NCBI GenBank assembly: GCA_016218585.1
Contig: JACRDK010000004.1
Coordinates: forward strand, 85,347 to 149,346
Reading direction: 5' to 3'
DNA: 64,000 bases
DNA from: Candidatus Doudnabacteria bacterium
GTDB taxonomy: Bacteria; Patescibacteriota; Doudnabacteria; UBA920
The stretch's first letter is position 1. Every line of letters begins with the position of its first letter. The notes under the pieces are model-generated. The model did no database searches. It saw nothing but the letters and a program-made list of their open reading frames with translations, and had not been told where the DNA came from. Positions 18,862 through 28,418 of the stretch are shown here, one piece after another. The translations under genes and the position numbers were made by a program.

Positions 18862-20772
18862 TTAATTTTTATATGATAAAAACTCCACAATCCTATTGTC
18901 CAATAAAATATCGCTTTGCAGCACCGGGCGCTTTAAGTACAAGCCTCCTAAAGTACGGCAGCGTGACAGCGCCACATACAACTGGCCATGGGCAAAGGTA
19001 CCGCCGGCCAAATCCACATAAACTTTGTCAAAAGTTTTTCCCTGGCTTTTATGAATAGTTAAAGCCCAGGCGGGTTTTAACGGATACTGGGTAAATTCAC
19101 CCACGGTTTTAGATTCCACTTTTTGCGTATGCTTGTCCAAATAAAAATTATACATTTCCCAGGTATGCCTGCCAACATAAACTTTTTCTCCGGTTTCCAG
19201 CCCCACTCTAATAAGCAGGTCATTCCCCTCCGGAAATTTAAAACCATTTTCCGAACCGTCTTCCTCCAAATATTCTAAAGCGTCGTCCATTACGTCCCGG
19301 GATTTTACAAAGCCCAAAACCTTTCCCATTGTCCCGTTAACCCATCGCTTTTTTGGATCATTGTTTAGCATCATAACCTGAGCGCCAACTTTTAGCTTAA
19401 GATTTGTTTCCCCGGGCGCGGTTTTGCCTTCCAGTTTTCCGGAAGCATAGCCTTGGAAAACTTTTGCCTGCCCTGGCAGCTGGTTTAAATAATAATCGTT
19501 AACCTGGGAAGCGCGGGAATTAGTCGGGGTTAAATACACCGCAAACTGTTCAAAAGTAAATTTATCGCCTTCTTGTTCGCTTCTGCTATTTAAAACTTCC
19601 AAATGTTCGGTGCTGGCGGCATTGTTGCGCACGGCATTTAAAATTTCCAAAAAGCCCCGGTCTTTTTGCCGATACACGGTTTTTAATTCCATTAACTTAA
19701 AATTTCCGCTTTGAAAACTTCTGGAGTCAAAAAAATATGGGCTCTTATATTCGGCAAACAAGCCGCCGGCGGTAAAATCTTTATCAATAGGCGGCAACTG
19801 GTAAAGGTCGCCAATAAACACCATTTGCACGCCGCCAAACGGCAAATTTCCGGCAGGGCCATTCAGCCTTAAAAATCTGTCCACGCAGTCCAGCAAGTCG
19901 GCGCGCACCATGGAAATTTCGTCTATTACTACCGTACTCAAACGCTGTAATAATTCTTTTTTCCCTCCGCCGGAGGAAATTTTTTTAACCCGACCAATGG
20001 TAATGTCCGGGCCAAACCCGCAAAAAGAATGAATGGTTTGCCCGCCAACATTTACCGCAGCCACGCCGGTTGGCGCCAGCACCACGGTGTTTTTGTTGGT
20101 GTGTGTTTTAAAATATTTAAGCAGCGTAGATTTTCCGGTCCCCGCTTCTCCGGTTAAAAAAATGTTCTCGCGGGTCTCTTCCATTAATTTAAAGCTTGCC
20201 AACATTTCCGGATTGGAAGTTATGTCTATTTCTTCCATGTCTTCTTCCCTGTCATGTTTTGCTGGCTTAAGATGTTCCCCAATGTCTTCCTGCTCATATT
20301 CCACAATATCTTCTATAAGCTGCAATAGCCTTGACCGGATTATGCTTCTTTGCAAATCAACAACTTTGGATAATCTTAATATAAATTTTCGAAAAGTTTC
20401 ATTTTTTGCTAAAAGATATTTCTTATATTCCCGAATAAAAATTTCGTCAGTTTCGGGGGTTGCTGCGCGGCTTGCAGTTTCCAATTTCTTTTTTTTATAT
20501 TCTTCATCGCGCTGTTTTACGGCTTCATAATCCCAGCCCGGAATATTTGGAAAACTCAAAGCCAGCCGTCCGCGAATTCCGTTCGGTCGGCGGCCCAGGA
20601 GCTGCGCCATGGAATCCAAAAAACTTTCAAAGTCGTAATTCTCCTCTAAACATTTTTTGTATTCCGCGTTCAGTAAATTACTCTCCTCTTCATTCCAGCG
20701 CATGCCGGCTTTGGGAAAGTCTTTGCGTATTTGCTCTATTTTAGAAACAGGTTTTTGTTGTGAGTCCTCCAT
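18862..20772 (-). CDS. PIF1/RecD-like superfamily-1 DNA helicase (AAA_30 plus UvrD_C_2-type) with an acidic ~190-aa N-terminal extension
   Basis: Walker A FLTGEAGTGKST, VLAPTGVAAVNVGGQTIHSF, Walker B VVIDEISMV, C-terminal YVALSRCRTLGGLYL motif. Confidence 0.75.
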   Translation of the reverse strand: MEDSQQKPVSKIEQIRKDFPKAGMRWNEEESNLLNAEYKKCLEENYDFESFLDSMAQLLGRRPNGIRGRLALSFPNIPGWDYEAVKQRDEEYKKKKLETASRAATPETDEIFIREYKKYLLAKNETFRKFILRLSKVVDLQRSIIRSRLLQLIEDIVEYEQEDIGEHLKPAKHDREEDMEEIDITSNPEMLASFKLMEETRENIFLTGEAGTGKSTLLKYFKTHTNKNTVVLAPTGVAAVNVGGQTIHSFCGFGPDITIGRVKKISSGGGKKELLQRLSTVVIDEISMVRADLLDCVDRFLRLNGPAGNLPFGGVQMVFIGDLYQLPPIDKDFTAGGLFAEYKSPYFFDSRSFQSGNFKLMELKTVYRQKDRGFLEILNAVRNNAASTEHLEVLNSRSEQEGDKFTFEQFAVYLTPTNSRASQVNDYYLNQLPGQAKVFQGYASGKLEGKTAPGETNLKLKVGAQVMMLNNDPKKRWVNGTMGKVLGFVKSRDVMDDALEYLEEDGSENGFKFPEGNDLLIRVGLETGEKVYVGRHTWEMYNFYLDKHTQKVESKTVGEFTQYPLKPAWALTIHKSQGKTFDKVYVDLAGGTFAHGQLYVALSRCRTLGGLYLKRPVLQSDILLDNRIVEFLSYKN

Positions 20773-20837
20773 AAACTGCTATTTTCTTTATAGTAAACAT
20801 TCGTTCACCCTTTGTCAACAGGCCGGTTGTGGATAAC

Positions 20838-21254
20838 CTAACCTAACATCTTTTTCACAATAAAAGGAGCAAAAAATATAACCGCCAAAACCAGCGGCCA
20901 AAGCCTGCCTTTAAAAAGATTATAATCTGCCAGCATATAGCCCCAGCTTCTCCCGCCCAAAAGCCCCAGGCCAAATTCAAACACCAAGGTAAGGCCAAGC
21001 CAAATTCCGCCGGTTAAAAATAATTTGCCAGCGCTAAACCCGCCAAGATCATTCTTAAAAAATAAATAAGTGTAGAGCAAAAAGAAAACTGATAAAATAA
21101 AAAAGCCAATTACATTTGCGCCAAGCTCCCCCGCTTTTGCTTTATACCAACTTTCGCGAAGCGCGCCGTTTATTATCGGCACCGGAATGAACGCCGCCCA
21201 CATTAAAAAGATTTTTAACATGTTATACTTTCCCCGGCTGAATGGCTCCTTCAA
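20838..21254 (-). CDS. Hypothetical 4-TM membrane protein
   Basis: 138 aa, four hydrophobic helices; overlaps upstream gene by 32 nt. Confidence 0.4.
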   Translation of the reverse strand: MKEPFSRGKYNMLKIFLMWAAFIPVPIINGALRESWYKAKAGELGANVIGFFILSVFFLLYTYLFFKNDLGGFSAGKLFLTGGIWLGLTLVFEFGLGLLGGRSWGYMLADYNLFKGRLWPLVLAVIFFAPFIVKKMLG

Positions 21255-22113
21255 TTAGTTCTTTGGTAAAACCCACGGGCACTTGGCCGGTGCGGGCGTA
21301 ATTATACAAAGCTAACTTAAAAATTGAATCCAGCGTGGTGGAAACAATGGAAAGAACTATCATAATAGCAATAAATAAACCTAAGCCAATAAAAAATGCC
21401 GCCAGTGAATGGAAAATTATTACCATGCCAACAAATAAAGCTGTGAGCAAAAAAATCAGCAAAGCAAAAAATAAACCAACGCCAAAATTTACAATAATGG
21501 TTTCACCCCAGGTTTTTCGAATCATGGCTGCGGATTCTTTAAAGGAATCTTTTATTCCCGTGTTGCCAATTACCAAGGAAGGCAGGCTAAAGTAAGTTAA
21601 AATATTCCATGCCGCCCCAAAAAGTGAGGCAACAATTCTACCTATTAGTTTGGATTTATCGGCAATAATCCGCAAGACAATGCCAACGGTTGCGGAAATA
21701 AAGGACCAAATAAATATTTTATTAAAATTATTTGCGGCGCCATTCATACCATCATGAAAACCCAAGTCTTGTCCGGAGAACCGGCCTTGCACAATTATAA
21801 ACAGCCCCGTCTCAAAAAAGTTTACAATAAAGAAAACCACTAAATAATAAACGAACAAGGTGCTGTACATAACCACGTCGCTAATTTTGCCGTCTTTTGG
21901 CACATCCCAGGTTTGCACATTGCCGTGTAAAATAAAAACAAAAAAGGCAATCCCCATAATCAGCACGGCGAAAATCGTAGTAATTGTCGAAAGTACCGGA
22001 AACCACATAATTTCCTTGTCCTGCTTAAGTACGGCCCAAGACTCCTTAACAATCATCTTGCTGGCTTGAAACTTTCCCAGCTTCACCGGCACTGACGCAT
22101 TTTCTATTGGCAT
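21223..22113 (-). CDS. Hypothetical polytopic membrane protein (DUF4013/GPDPase-membrane-domain-like)
   Basis: 296 aa, 6-7 TM; no catalytic motifs recognised. Confidence 0.4.
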   Translation of the reverse strand: MPIENASVPVKLGKFQASKMIVKESWAVLKQDKEIMWFPVLSTITTIFAVLIMGIAFFVFILHGNVQTWDVPKDGKISDVVMYSTLFVYYLVVFFIVNFFETGLFIIVQGRFSGQDLGFHDGMNGAANNFNKIFIWSFISATVGIVLRIIADKSKLIGRIVASLFGAAWNILTYFSLPSLVIGNTGIKDSFKESAAMIRKTWGETIIVNFGVGLFFALLIFLLTALFVGMVIIFHSLAAFFIGLGLFIAIMIVLSIVSTTLDSIFKLALYNYARTGQVPVGFTKELIEGAIQPGKV

Positions 22114-22143
22114 TTGATTAGATTTAATATTATTCTAAATATA

Positions 22144-22476
22144 TTATATCATTTTTTTCTTTGGTTTTGGCATAGGCAAAATAGCAGCCGTTTGGGAAAC
22201 TAACTCACTAATAAACTTCCTGTCTTCCAATAAATCTCCCGGCACATGGATAGATGGCTTAGCTCCCGGGTAAGCAATTCCCTCCTCATAATTCTTTCCC
22301 ATTATTTTTTTGCCCTCCGGGGTAATTTTAACAAAAACTTCGTCGTTGCATACTAAAGCCACCACTTTGTCTTGGCAGTACAAAGCATACTCGCCAAACA
22401 TTTTCCGCGCTCGTACATTTGCCAAACCGCTTAGTTGGTCAAGCAAATAATCCATTGTAGATTGTTTAGTGGCCAT
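22144..22476 (-). CDS. TfoX/Sxy N-terminal domain protein (competence regulator family)
   Basis: MFGEYALYCQDKVVALVCNDEVFVK matches the TfoX_N core. Confidence 0.7.
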   Translation of the reverse strand: MATKQSTMDYLLDQLSGLANVRARKMFGEYALYCQDKVVALVCNDEVFVKITPEGKKIMGKNYEEGIAYPGAKPSIHVPGDLLEDRKFISELVSQTAAILPMPKPKKKMI

Positions 22477-22517
22477 AATTTATTCTTTAACTTACTTTAA
22501 TTATAGCACTTAAAAAC

Positions 22518-22588
22518 AACTGGACAATTCCTGCCTACCGCAGGCAGGCGCGCGCCTGTCTGTCGAAGCAAAAATTGTCCAGTTGGAT
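22518..22588 (-). terminator. Long nested GC-rich hairpin downstream of the Zn-ribbon gene
   Basis: AACTGGACAATT ... CCTGCCTACCGCAGGCAGG ... AATTGTCCAGTT. Confidence 0.55.
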
Positions 22589-22612
22589 AAGTTTATGATA
22601 GTGCTTTATAAG

Positions 22613-23161
22613 CTACTTTTTCTTTTTGTCTTTAACTGCCGGTTTCTTTTTAGCAGCAGGTTTCGCCAAAATTTTTGGGGCCTCTGCTTTTTTTGCAGGA
22701 GAGGCTTTGACTACCGGAACCGGAGCCACAAAAGCAACTTTGCTTGAGCTGCCGGCTAATTTTTCCATGCTGGTAATTAATCTGTCCAGTTTACCGGTAA
22801 TTTCCGAAAGCTGTCTTTTTATATCATCGTTGGCGGACGGAGGAATACTTTGGCGCGGAGTGGACTGATAGCTTGGCCTGCCTCCAAAAGGTTTTCTGTC
22901 TCCCCTGTCGCCAAAATCACGGCGAGGACCTCTGTCGTCGCTTTCCGCTCGCTTAATGCTAAAACAGGCATTGCAATACACCGGCTTTTCGCCTGTTGGT
23001 TTAAAAGGTACCTCGCACGGCTTACCGCAATTGCTGCAGGTAGCTTGATGCATGTCGCGAGGACGGTCATCACCCCAGCTCTTTTTTCCAAATGAAGGCC
23101 TGCCGTTGCCGTGTCCTTTAAAACCTCCGCCTCTATTCCCGCCACCCTGAAAATTTCCCAT
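22613..23161 (-). CDS. Gly/Arg-rich (RGG-like) protein with CxxC...CxxC zinc ribbon and Lys/Ala/Pro-rich histone-H1-like tail
   Basis: GNRGGGFKGHGNGR; CSNCGKPCEVPFKPTGEKPVYCNAC; C-terminal AKKAEAPKILAKPAAKKKPAVKDKKKK. Confidence 0.5.
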   Translation of the reverse strand: MGNFQGGGNRGGGFKGHGNGRPSFGKKSWGDDRPRDMHQATCSNCGKPCEVPFKPTGEKPVYCNACFSIKRAESDDRGPRRDFGDRGDRKPFGGRPSYQSTPRQSIPPSANDDIKRQLSEITGKLDRLITSMEKLAGSSSKVAFVAPVPVVKASPAKKAEAPKILAKPAAKKKPAVKDKKKK

Positions 23162-23288
23162 AAATTTCTACTTCTTCCCGGCAGCTAGCTGCCTTTATAA
23201 TTTGAATAATGAACTGCTATTCTAGCACTATCTATACTATAACACAATCCCTTTGTCTATGCTTATCAAAAAAATAAACACAAAATTC

Positions 23289-23864
23289 CTAAACTTTCTC
23301 AAAAATCGCGCAATACATCCCTCCGCCAAAATCATCAACCATCTGCTTTAATTTGAAACCCGCTTGTTGCACTTCGTCTATCACCACATTTTTATATACT
23401 CCATGGCCGCCGTAGCTTGCAGGAATGCCTTTAGGCGTGGACATTTTTAAATACCACCTTGGCTCAAAGTCAATAATTGCCAATTGTCCTCCCGGTTTTA
23501 AATGGGAATAAAATGCCGCGTTTTGTTTTGCGCTTTGGGTAAAATGATGATAAACCTTGCACATAAAAATTGCGTCGAACATTTTATCAGGCAAGTTCGG
23601 GCTGTCTTCCCCCGCTTTCGCGGTGTGTAAATTTTTTAGTCCCAATTTTACAGCTTTTGTATTTAATTTATTCAACTTTTCAGCATCGTGTTCGGTGGAA
23701 AAAACAAAACCACTATCGTCAACCGTTTTGGCAACCGCAAAAGACATTAGCCCCTTACCCGCGCCAATTTCCACAACACTTTGGCCAGTGATTATATTCA
23801 ACAGGCTAATTATTTTTTGAGCCTCTTTATTGTGAGTAAAAAAATCCCAGGTACTAAATATCAT
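23289..23864 (-). CDS. Class I SAM-dependent methyltransferase
   Basis: Motif I VVEIGAGKGLMSFAVAK, LKPGGQLAIIDF. Confidence 0.8.
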   Translation of the reverse strand: MIFSTWDFFTHNKEAQKIISLLNIITGQSVVEIGAGKGLMSFAVAKTVDDSGFVFSTEHDAEKLNKLNTKAVKLGLKNLHTAKAGEDSPNLPDKMFDAIFMCKVYHHFTQSAKQNAAFYSHLKPGGQLAIIDFEPRWYLKMSTPKGIPASYGGHGVYKNVVIDEVQQAGFKLKQMVDDFGGGMYCAIFEKV

Positions 23865-23900
23865 AAATATTATCTTTATGACAATATTGAAAAAATAAAC

Positions 23901-24050
23901 TATTTAGTGTCAGTGATAAACACAACCCCGTCTTTAAATGCTGGTTTAACTACCGGCATGCAATCAGCCATCTCAACAAAAACCTCATCTGGGTTTTCAA
24001 CTTCTAATGAGATAGTATTTAAATGCTCAATAAATTCTACTAATTTCATA
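23901..24050 (-). CDS. Possible small ORF (~49 aa) between the methyltransferase and the restriction-modification genes
   Basis: Own translation: MKLVEFIEHLNTISLEVENPDEVFVEMADCMPVVKPAFKDGVVFITDTK; not in the ORF track (<60 aa); no recognisable domain. Confidence 0.25.
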
Positions 24051-24071
24051 CCGAATAATTAAATTTATTTT

Positions 24072-25031
24072 TCAAAATAACTTGTTGAAGCCAGCTGTAT
24101 TAATAAAGAAATTGCCAGTATTCAACTTCAGTGCATTATTTATATCTACTTTTTGACTTTCAATTTTATTTAATGGGCTTTCGCCATCATCAAATTCATT
24201 ATTTTTCAGAATGCTTTTTTTAATTGCATTTTTTAATTTTAAATTCTTAGAAAACAATAAATTGAAATACGCACCATCTAAAAATGAAACCTGATGGAAT
24301 TTTGAATTTACTAATTTATTCTTTAGTATATCAATTAATTCTTTAATCTGTTTGTTTTGAGCCCCTCCACTTATACTAATGTGTTTGGCTTCCAAAAAAT
24401 ATATATCTTTACCATTTTTAACACATAAATCCATTTTTTTATTTTGTGAGTCTTTGCCAATCTGGACTTTAAAGTTTTTTAAAATTCCATTCAGGGTAAA
24501 ATCACCTTTAAACTTTGAAACGCTTTTTTTGTTTTTAATAAAGGTTTCGAATTTTTCCGTGTATAAATAACCTTTTGATTTTAAAATCTTTATTAATTTC
24601 TCTTCCCCTGCTTGTCCTTTTTTGCGGGACGAAGTCTTATCAATTAAGGCCTGAATCCACTCTCCAGGTACAATATCATTTAAATCTCGTTTTTCAAGAT
24701 AAAGTTTGGTGATTTTCTCTAAAGCTTGAAGATTTTTAGAAGCCACTTCAACGGTTGCATCACAAGCATTAATAAAGCACCCAAATTCAGAAAACTGGGC
24801 ATTTTTTTCAAGTAAAATAGCAAGGTTGTGATAAATGTTCTTCTCAACTTTTTTTACTTCTTTACTTTTTTGTTTATTTAGTTCTTTGAGAGTAATTAAT
24901 TGATTTTTGATTTCTTGTGTTTTTTTTGCATACAAACTCAAATCCTTATGTTTTTCTATAAACATGTAAGATTCATCTAGTACTGGCTCAGGGTGATTCG
25001 AACAATGTTTGAGCAATTGTAAATTATTCAT
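24072..25031 (-). CDS. Putative Type II restriction endonuclease (PD-ExK) partner of the adjacent methyltransferase
   Basis: Overlaps methyltransferase by 8 nt; Lys-rich AT-rich gene; DLCVKNGKDIYFLEAK fits D-x13-E-x-K. Confidence 0.45.
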   Translation of the reverse strand: MNNLQLLKHCSNHPEPVLDESYMFIEKHKDLSLYAKKTQEIKNQLITLKELNKQKSKEVKKVEKNIYHNLAILLEKNAQFSEFGCFINACDATVEVASKNLQALEKITKLYLEKRDLNDIVPGEWIQALIDKTSSRKKGQAGEEKLIKILKSKGYLYTEKFETFIKNKKSVSKFKGDFTLNGILKNFKVQIGKDSQNKKMDLCVKNGKDIYFLEAKHISISGGAQNKQIKELIDILKNKLVNSKFHQVSFLDGAYFNLLFSKNLKLKNAIKKSILKNNEFDDGESPLNKIESQKVDINNALKLNTGNFFINTAGFNKLF

Positions 25032-26205
25032 TTGCTAATTTTAATGGTAAAACATTTAAATTCTCATACTTGTTGATAATATTATTAAAATAAATGTGAT
25101 TAATTAATTTATACGCAAAATCAAAAGATATTCTTTTTCTATCTTTATCCCTGTAGTTGGTTAGAAATAAAGAACAATAATCCTGCCTTAACTGCTCAAG
25201 ATTCTTATTGAATAAATTAATAATTTTATTTTGAATAGTAACTGGCAGTGGTTCACTAAAAACTAAATATATCATATGGCGGGATGTTGATTTGCTAATC
25301 AAACACTCCACTCCATAGTTTTTTATATTTTCAAGGGCAATCTTCCCCTTATCAGTACCGCTATCAATTGCCTTCAAAAGCATGACATTAGATTTAGTTA
25401 ATTCAGCAAGTTGTTTTGTAACATAAATGTCAACCCTTTGATCAATGTGGTTATATGCTGCTTTTAACTTAATATCCCCTTTCTGATTGTTTATCATTTC
25501 TTCTGTAAGTCTGTATACTCCTAAATTATTATCTTGGTTTTTTATTTTGCTTACAAATTCTCCTCCAATAATCCATCCATATTTTCTTTCTAGTTTAATC
25601 AAAATATCTTTACCCTCAGGATAAATATGTGTTTTAATCTCAAAACCTTCCTTAAAATAATTAGTTTTCTTTACATAATAAAAAGCAATAACGTTATAAG
25701 TGGTATCTGCAAATACCTGCTGTTTGAAATAATTAATTTCAACTATCTCAAACTTGGAGAAAAAAATATCCCTTATACTTTTTGAATTTTCTGCTGAAAG
25801 AAAATTGATTGGAACAATTACTATTCCCTCGTCACTGTCCATAATAGACTGTAATGCTATTTGATATAAATCTTCAAACTGAAATTTAGAAAAATATTTA
25901 AACTTTGTTTCTTTGGTAGCTTTATTTACATTAAGATAGGGGGGGTTCGTAATTACAAATTTAAATTTAAGCGGTGATAAAATATTGTCATTAAATTTAA
26001 TAGTTTTTTTATTTATATATTTTTTATCAATGTCAAAACCCCTGACATTTTTTGCCCCATTATTTTTGGCCCAAACTAACAAGTCCCCATTTCCTGCAAA
26101 TGGGTCAATAACTTCTTTACCTACAACTCTTTTTTCTAGCCCTTTTAATATATAATCTGAGTTGGTTGTAAAAAACTGTCCTAATTGTTTTTTGTTTCCA
26201 GCCAT
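25024..26205 (-). CDS. N6-adenine DNA methyltransferase, gamma class (TaqI/Eco57I-like)
   Basis: GQFFTT (motif X), DPFAGNGDLL (motif I FxGxG), NPPY (motif IV) in gamma order. Confidence 0.8.
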   Translation of the reverse strand: MAGNKKQLGQFFTTNSDYILKGLEKRVVGKEVIDPFAGNGDLLVWAKNNGAKNVRGFDIDKKYINKKTIKFNDNILSPLKFKFVITNPPYLNVNKATKETKFKYFSKFQFEDLYQIALQSIMDSDEGIVIVPINFLSAENSKSIRDIFFSKFEIVEINYFKQQVFADTTYNVIAFYYVKKTNYFKEGFEIKTHIYPEGKDILIKLERKYGWIIGGEFVSKIKNQDNNLGVYRLTEEMINNQKGDIKLKAAYNHIDQRVDIYVTKQLAELTKSNVMLLKAIDSGTDKGKIALENIKNYGVECLISKSTSRHMIYLVFSEPLPVTIQNKIINLFNKNLEQLRQDYCSLFLTNYRDKDRKRISFDFAYKLINHIYFNNIINKYENLNVLPLKLANE

Positions 26206-26427
26206 ACTTGCTATTTCCTTAATTTCATAGTATACAATCGTTCACCTAACGTCAAAATATAAATTTATTAGGGTTTACTCAATTTTTTGTTAACTTATCC
26301 ACAGTCAAGCTACCAAAATATTTAAACTTTCTTCTTATAATTTTACCTTAATGTAGATCAAATTACAACAAAACCCGCGTTTAGCGGGTTTTGTTTGGTT
26401 ATATACTATAGTCAATCACCTTTTCAA

Positions 26428-26874
26428 CTAGGCTTTAAAAATATTACCTTCTTTAAAAGAATCTTTGACTCCTTCTGGATTTTCTTTTAACTCTTTTCTC
26501 ACAGTAAACCATTCAATCATTCTTTTTGATAGCATGTCGAGTTCTGCGTTCGAAAGCTCCGCAGAACTTTGCGGAATATCAAAACGTTCAGCCAAACCCA
26601 TTCTAAAATTCCACAGATTTTCTATTTCGTTTTTTATATCGGCCTCATAAGGTATTTCTTTATCATTCAAAAACTTTTGCCTTACTACAGCTAACAATTG
26701 AAGGTCGGTTGATGCTGCTATCAATATATTTCTACGTTCGTCCTTCTTTAGAACTTCAGAAACATCTTTTTCATAGAGAGATTCTGTATCCTCATATTCT
26801 TCCAAAAACTTTTCTGGGGAAAGAGCTTTAATTCTCTCAACTAAAATTTTTATATTGTCTTTACTAAAACTCAT
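26428..26874 (-). CDS. Hypothetical acidic protein (148 aa)
   Basis: ORF only; AT-rich; followed by hairpin AAAACCCGCGTTTAGCGGGTTTT (26372-26396). Confidence 0.35.
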   Translation of the reverse strand: MSFSKDNIKILVERIKALSPEKFLEEYEDTESLYEKDVSEVLKKDERRNILIAASTDLQLLAVVRQKFLNDKEIPYEADIKNEIENLWNFRMGLAERFDIPQSSAELSNAELDMLSKRMIEWFTVRKELKENPEGVKDSFKEGNIFKA

Positions 26875-26914
26875 ATTGGTTGCGCTTTAATTTTCATATT
26901 AGAAATTCAATAAA

Positions 26915-27217
26915 TTAAAATTCTGCTATTTTATAAACCAGCCACAATAACACCACTTGTTGAATTAGTAGAAACCCGACACCAAGGGGAAAGTAGGCTT
27001 TGCGGGTTTTGTGGTGAAAAAAGTACATCCCCAAAAAAATTCCCAAAGAGCCAAATGCCGCGGACATTAAAAAGAAGTTTACTTCCGGCAACCGCTCGCT
27101 GTCATTAACGCTTTTTCTTTTATCTATCCCCACCATTATAAAAGCGGCAACGTTTATTATTGCTAAAGCCAAATAAATTAAATTAAAATAATTTTCCATA
27201 ATTACTTTTTCTTCCAT
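26915..27217 (-). CDS. DUF1294 domain membrane protein
   Basis: GIDKRKS...RLPE...GSLGIFLGMYFFHHKTRK matches DUF1294 signature. Confidence 0.75.
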   Translation of the reverse strand: MEEKVIMENYFNLIYLALAIINVAAFIMVGIDKRKSVNDSERLPEVNFFLMSAAFGSLGIFLGMYFFHHKTRKAYFPLGVGFLLIQQVVLLWLVYKIAEF

Positions 27218-27804
27218 TCCTTAATTAATTTATTCTGCAGTTTTTTTGGGAGCAAGTATTTTTTTACATTGCTTTGCCGCTGGCGGAACATTTCCGAAAG
27301 GGTTATAGCCGCAGTAACAGAGAGATTAAAGCTTTGCACAAAACCCTGCATTGGAATATAAATATGCGCGTCGGAAAGATCTATTGCCTCTTTACTTAAG
27401 CCTCGGTGTTCATTGCCAAACACCAGCGCGGTCTTTGGTCCTTTAAGGTCTGTTTTATACAAACTTTTTGCCTTCTCGTCTAAAACCGTGGCAAAAATTT
27501 TGTATCCCTGTTTTTTTAATTTTTTATAACATTCGCGCGCGGAAGAAAATATTTCAAACTCCAGCCATTTGTTAGCGGAAGAAGAAGTCGCCTTCCCAAC
27601 TTTGCGCGGGTTAAACCTCTCCCCTTTGTCAAAAATATAATATACCTTGCCAATGCCAAAACCTTCACAGCTCCGCAAAACCGCCGCCGCATTATGCGGG
27701 TCATGTATATCTTCCAATACTACTATCCCCTCCTGCCTGGCCGTGGCCACAGTTTTAATTTTATTTAACCTTGCTTCGCTTATCATAATTATTATCCCCA
27801 CCAT
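27202..27804 (-). CDS. SpoU/TrmH family RNA 2'-O-methyltransferase
   Basis: HDPHNAAAVLRSCEGFG, ALVFGNEHRGLS, IPMQGFVQSFNLSVTAAI (SPOUT motifs). Confidence 0.8.
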   Translation of the reverse strand: MVGIIIMISEARLNKIKTVATARQEGIVVLEDIHDPHNAAAVLRSCEGFGIGKVYYIFDKGERFNPRKVGKATSSSANKWLEFEIFSSARECYKKLKKQGYKIFATVLDEKAKSLYKTDLKGPKTALVFGNEHRGLSKEAIDLSDAHIYIPMQGFVQSFNLSVTAAITLSEMFRQRQSNVKKYLLPKKLQNKLIKEWKKK

Positions 27805-27854
27805 AGGCTAATTCGTGCGAATTAGCCTATGGTGGATTTTGGCTTTTTTAATAT

Positions 27855-28409
27855 TTAAGACTTTAATAACATAGAAAATTTTTCCCGAAACTTTTTAACC
27901 TTTGGGCTTATAACCACGGCGCAGTATGGGTTGCCGGGATTGTTTAAATAATAATTCTGATGATAGTTTTCCGCCAAGTAAAATTTTTCTAAAGGGCGAA
28001 TTTCGGTAACAATTGGCGAACTATAAATTTTTTCCGCTTCAACTTCTTTAATTACTTCTTCGGCAACTTGCTTCTGCTGCGGCGAGCTATAAAATATAGC
28101 CGAGGCATACTGAGCTCCCACGTCATTGCCCTGCCTGTCTTTGGTAGTCGGATCGTGCACCGCAAAAAATACTTCCAATAATTGTTTAAAGGAAATTACG
28201 CTTGAATCAAATTCTATTTTGGCAACTTCTACGTGTCCCGTATTACCGCCACAAACCTGTTCATAACTCGGGTTTTCCAAACTGCCGCCAGTGTATCCAG
28301 GCAAAACCGAACTTACACCTTTTAAGTTTTGAAACACCGCTTCCGTGCACCAAAAGCAACCGGCACCAAGAACGGCTATTTCTGTTTGTTGATTTTGATT
28401 ATTCATCAT
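27855..28409 (-). CDS. msrA: Peptide-methionine (S)-S-oxide reductase MsrA
   Basis: GAGCFWCTEAVF active-site motif, GY(T)GG. Confidence 0.9.
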   Translation of the reverse strand: MMNNQNQQTEIAVLGAGCFWCTEAVFQNLKGVSSVLPGYTGGSLENPSYEQVCGGNTGHVEVAKIEFDSSVISFKQLLEVFFAVHDPTTKDRQGNDVGAQYASAIFYSSPQQKQVAEEVIKEVEAEKIYSSPIVTEIRPLEKFYLAENYHQNYYLNNPGNPYCAVVISPKVKKFREKFSMLLKS

Positions 28410-28418
28410 AAATAGAAA

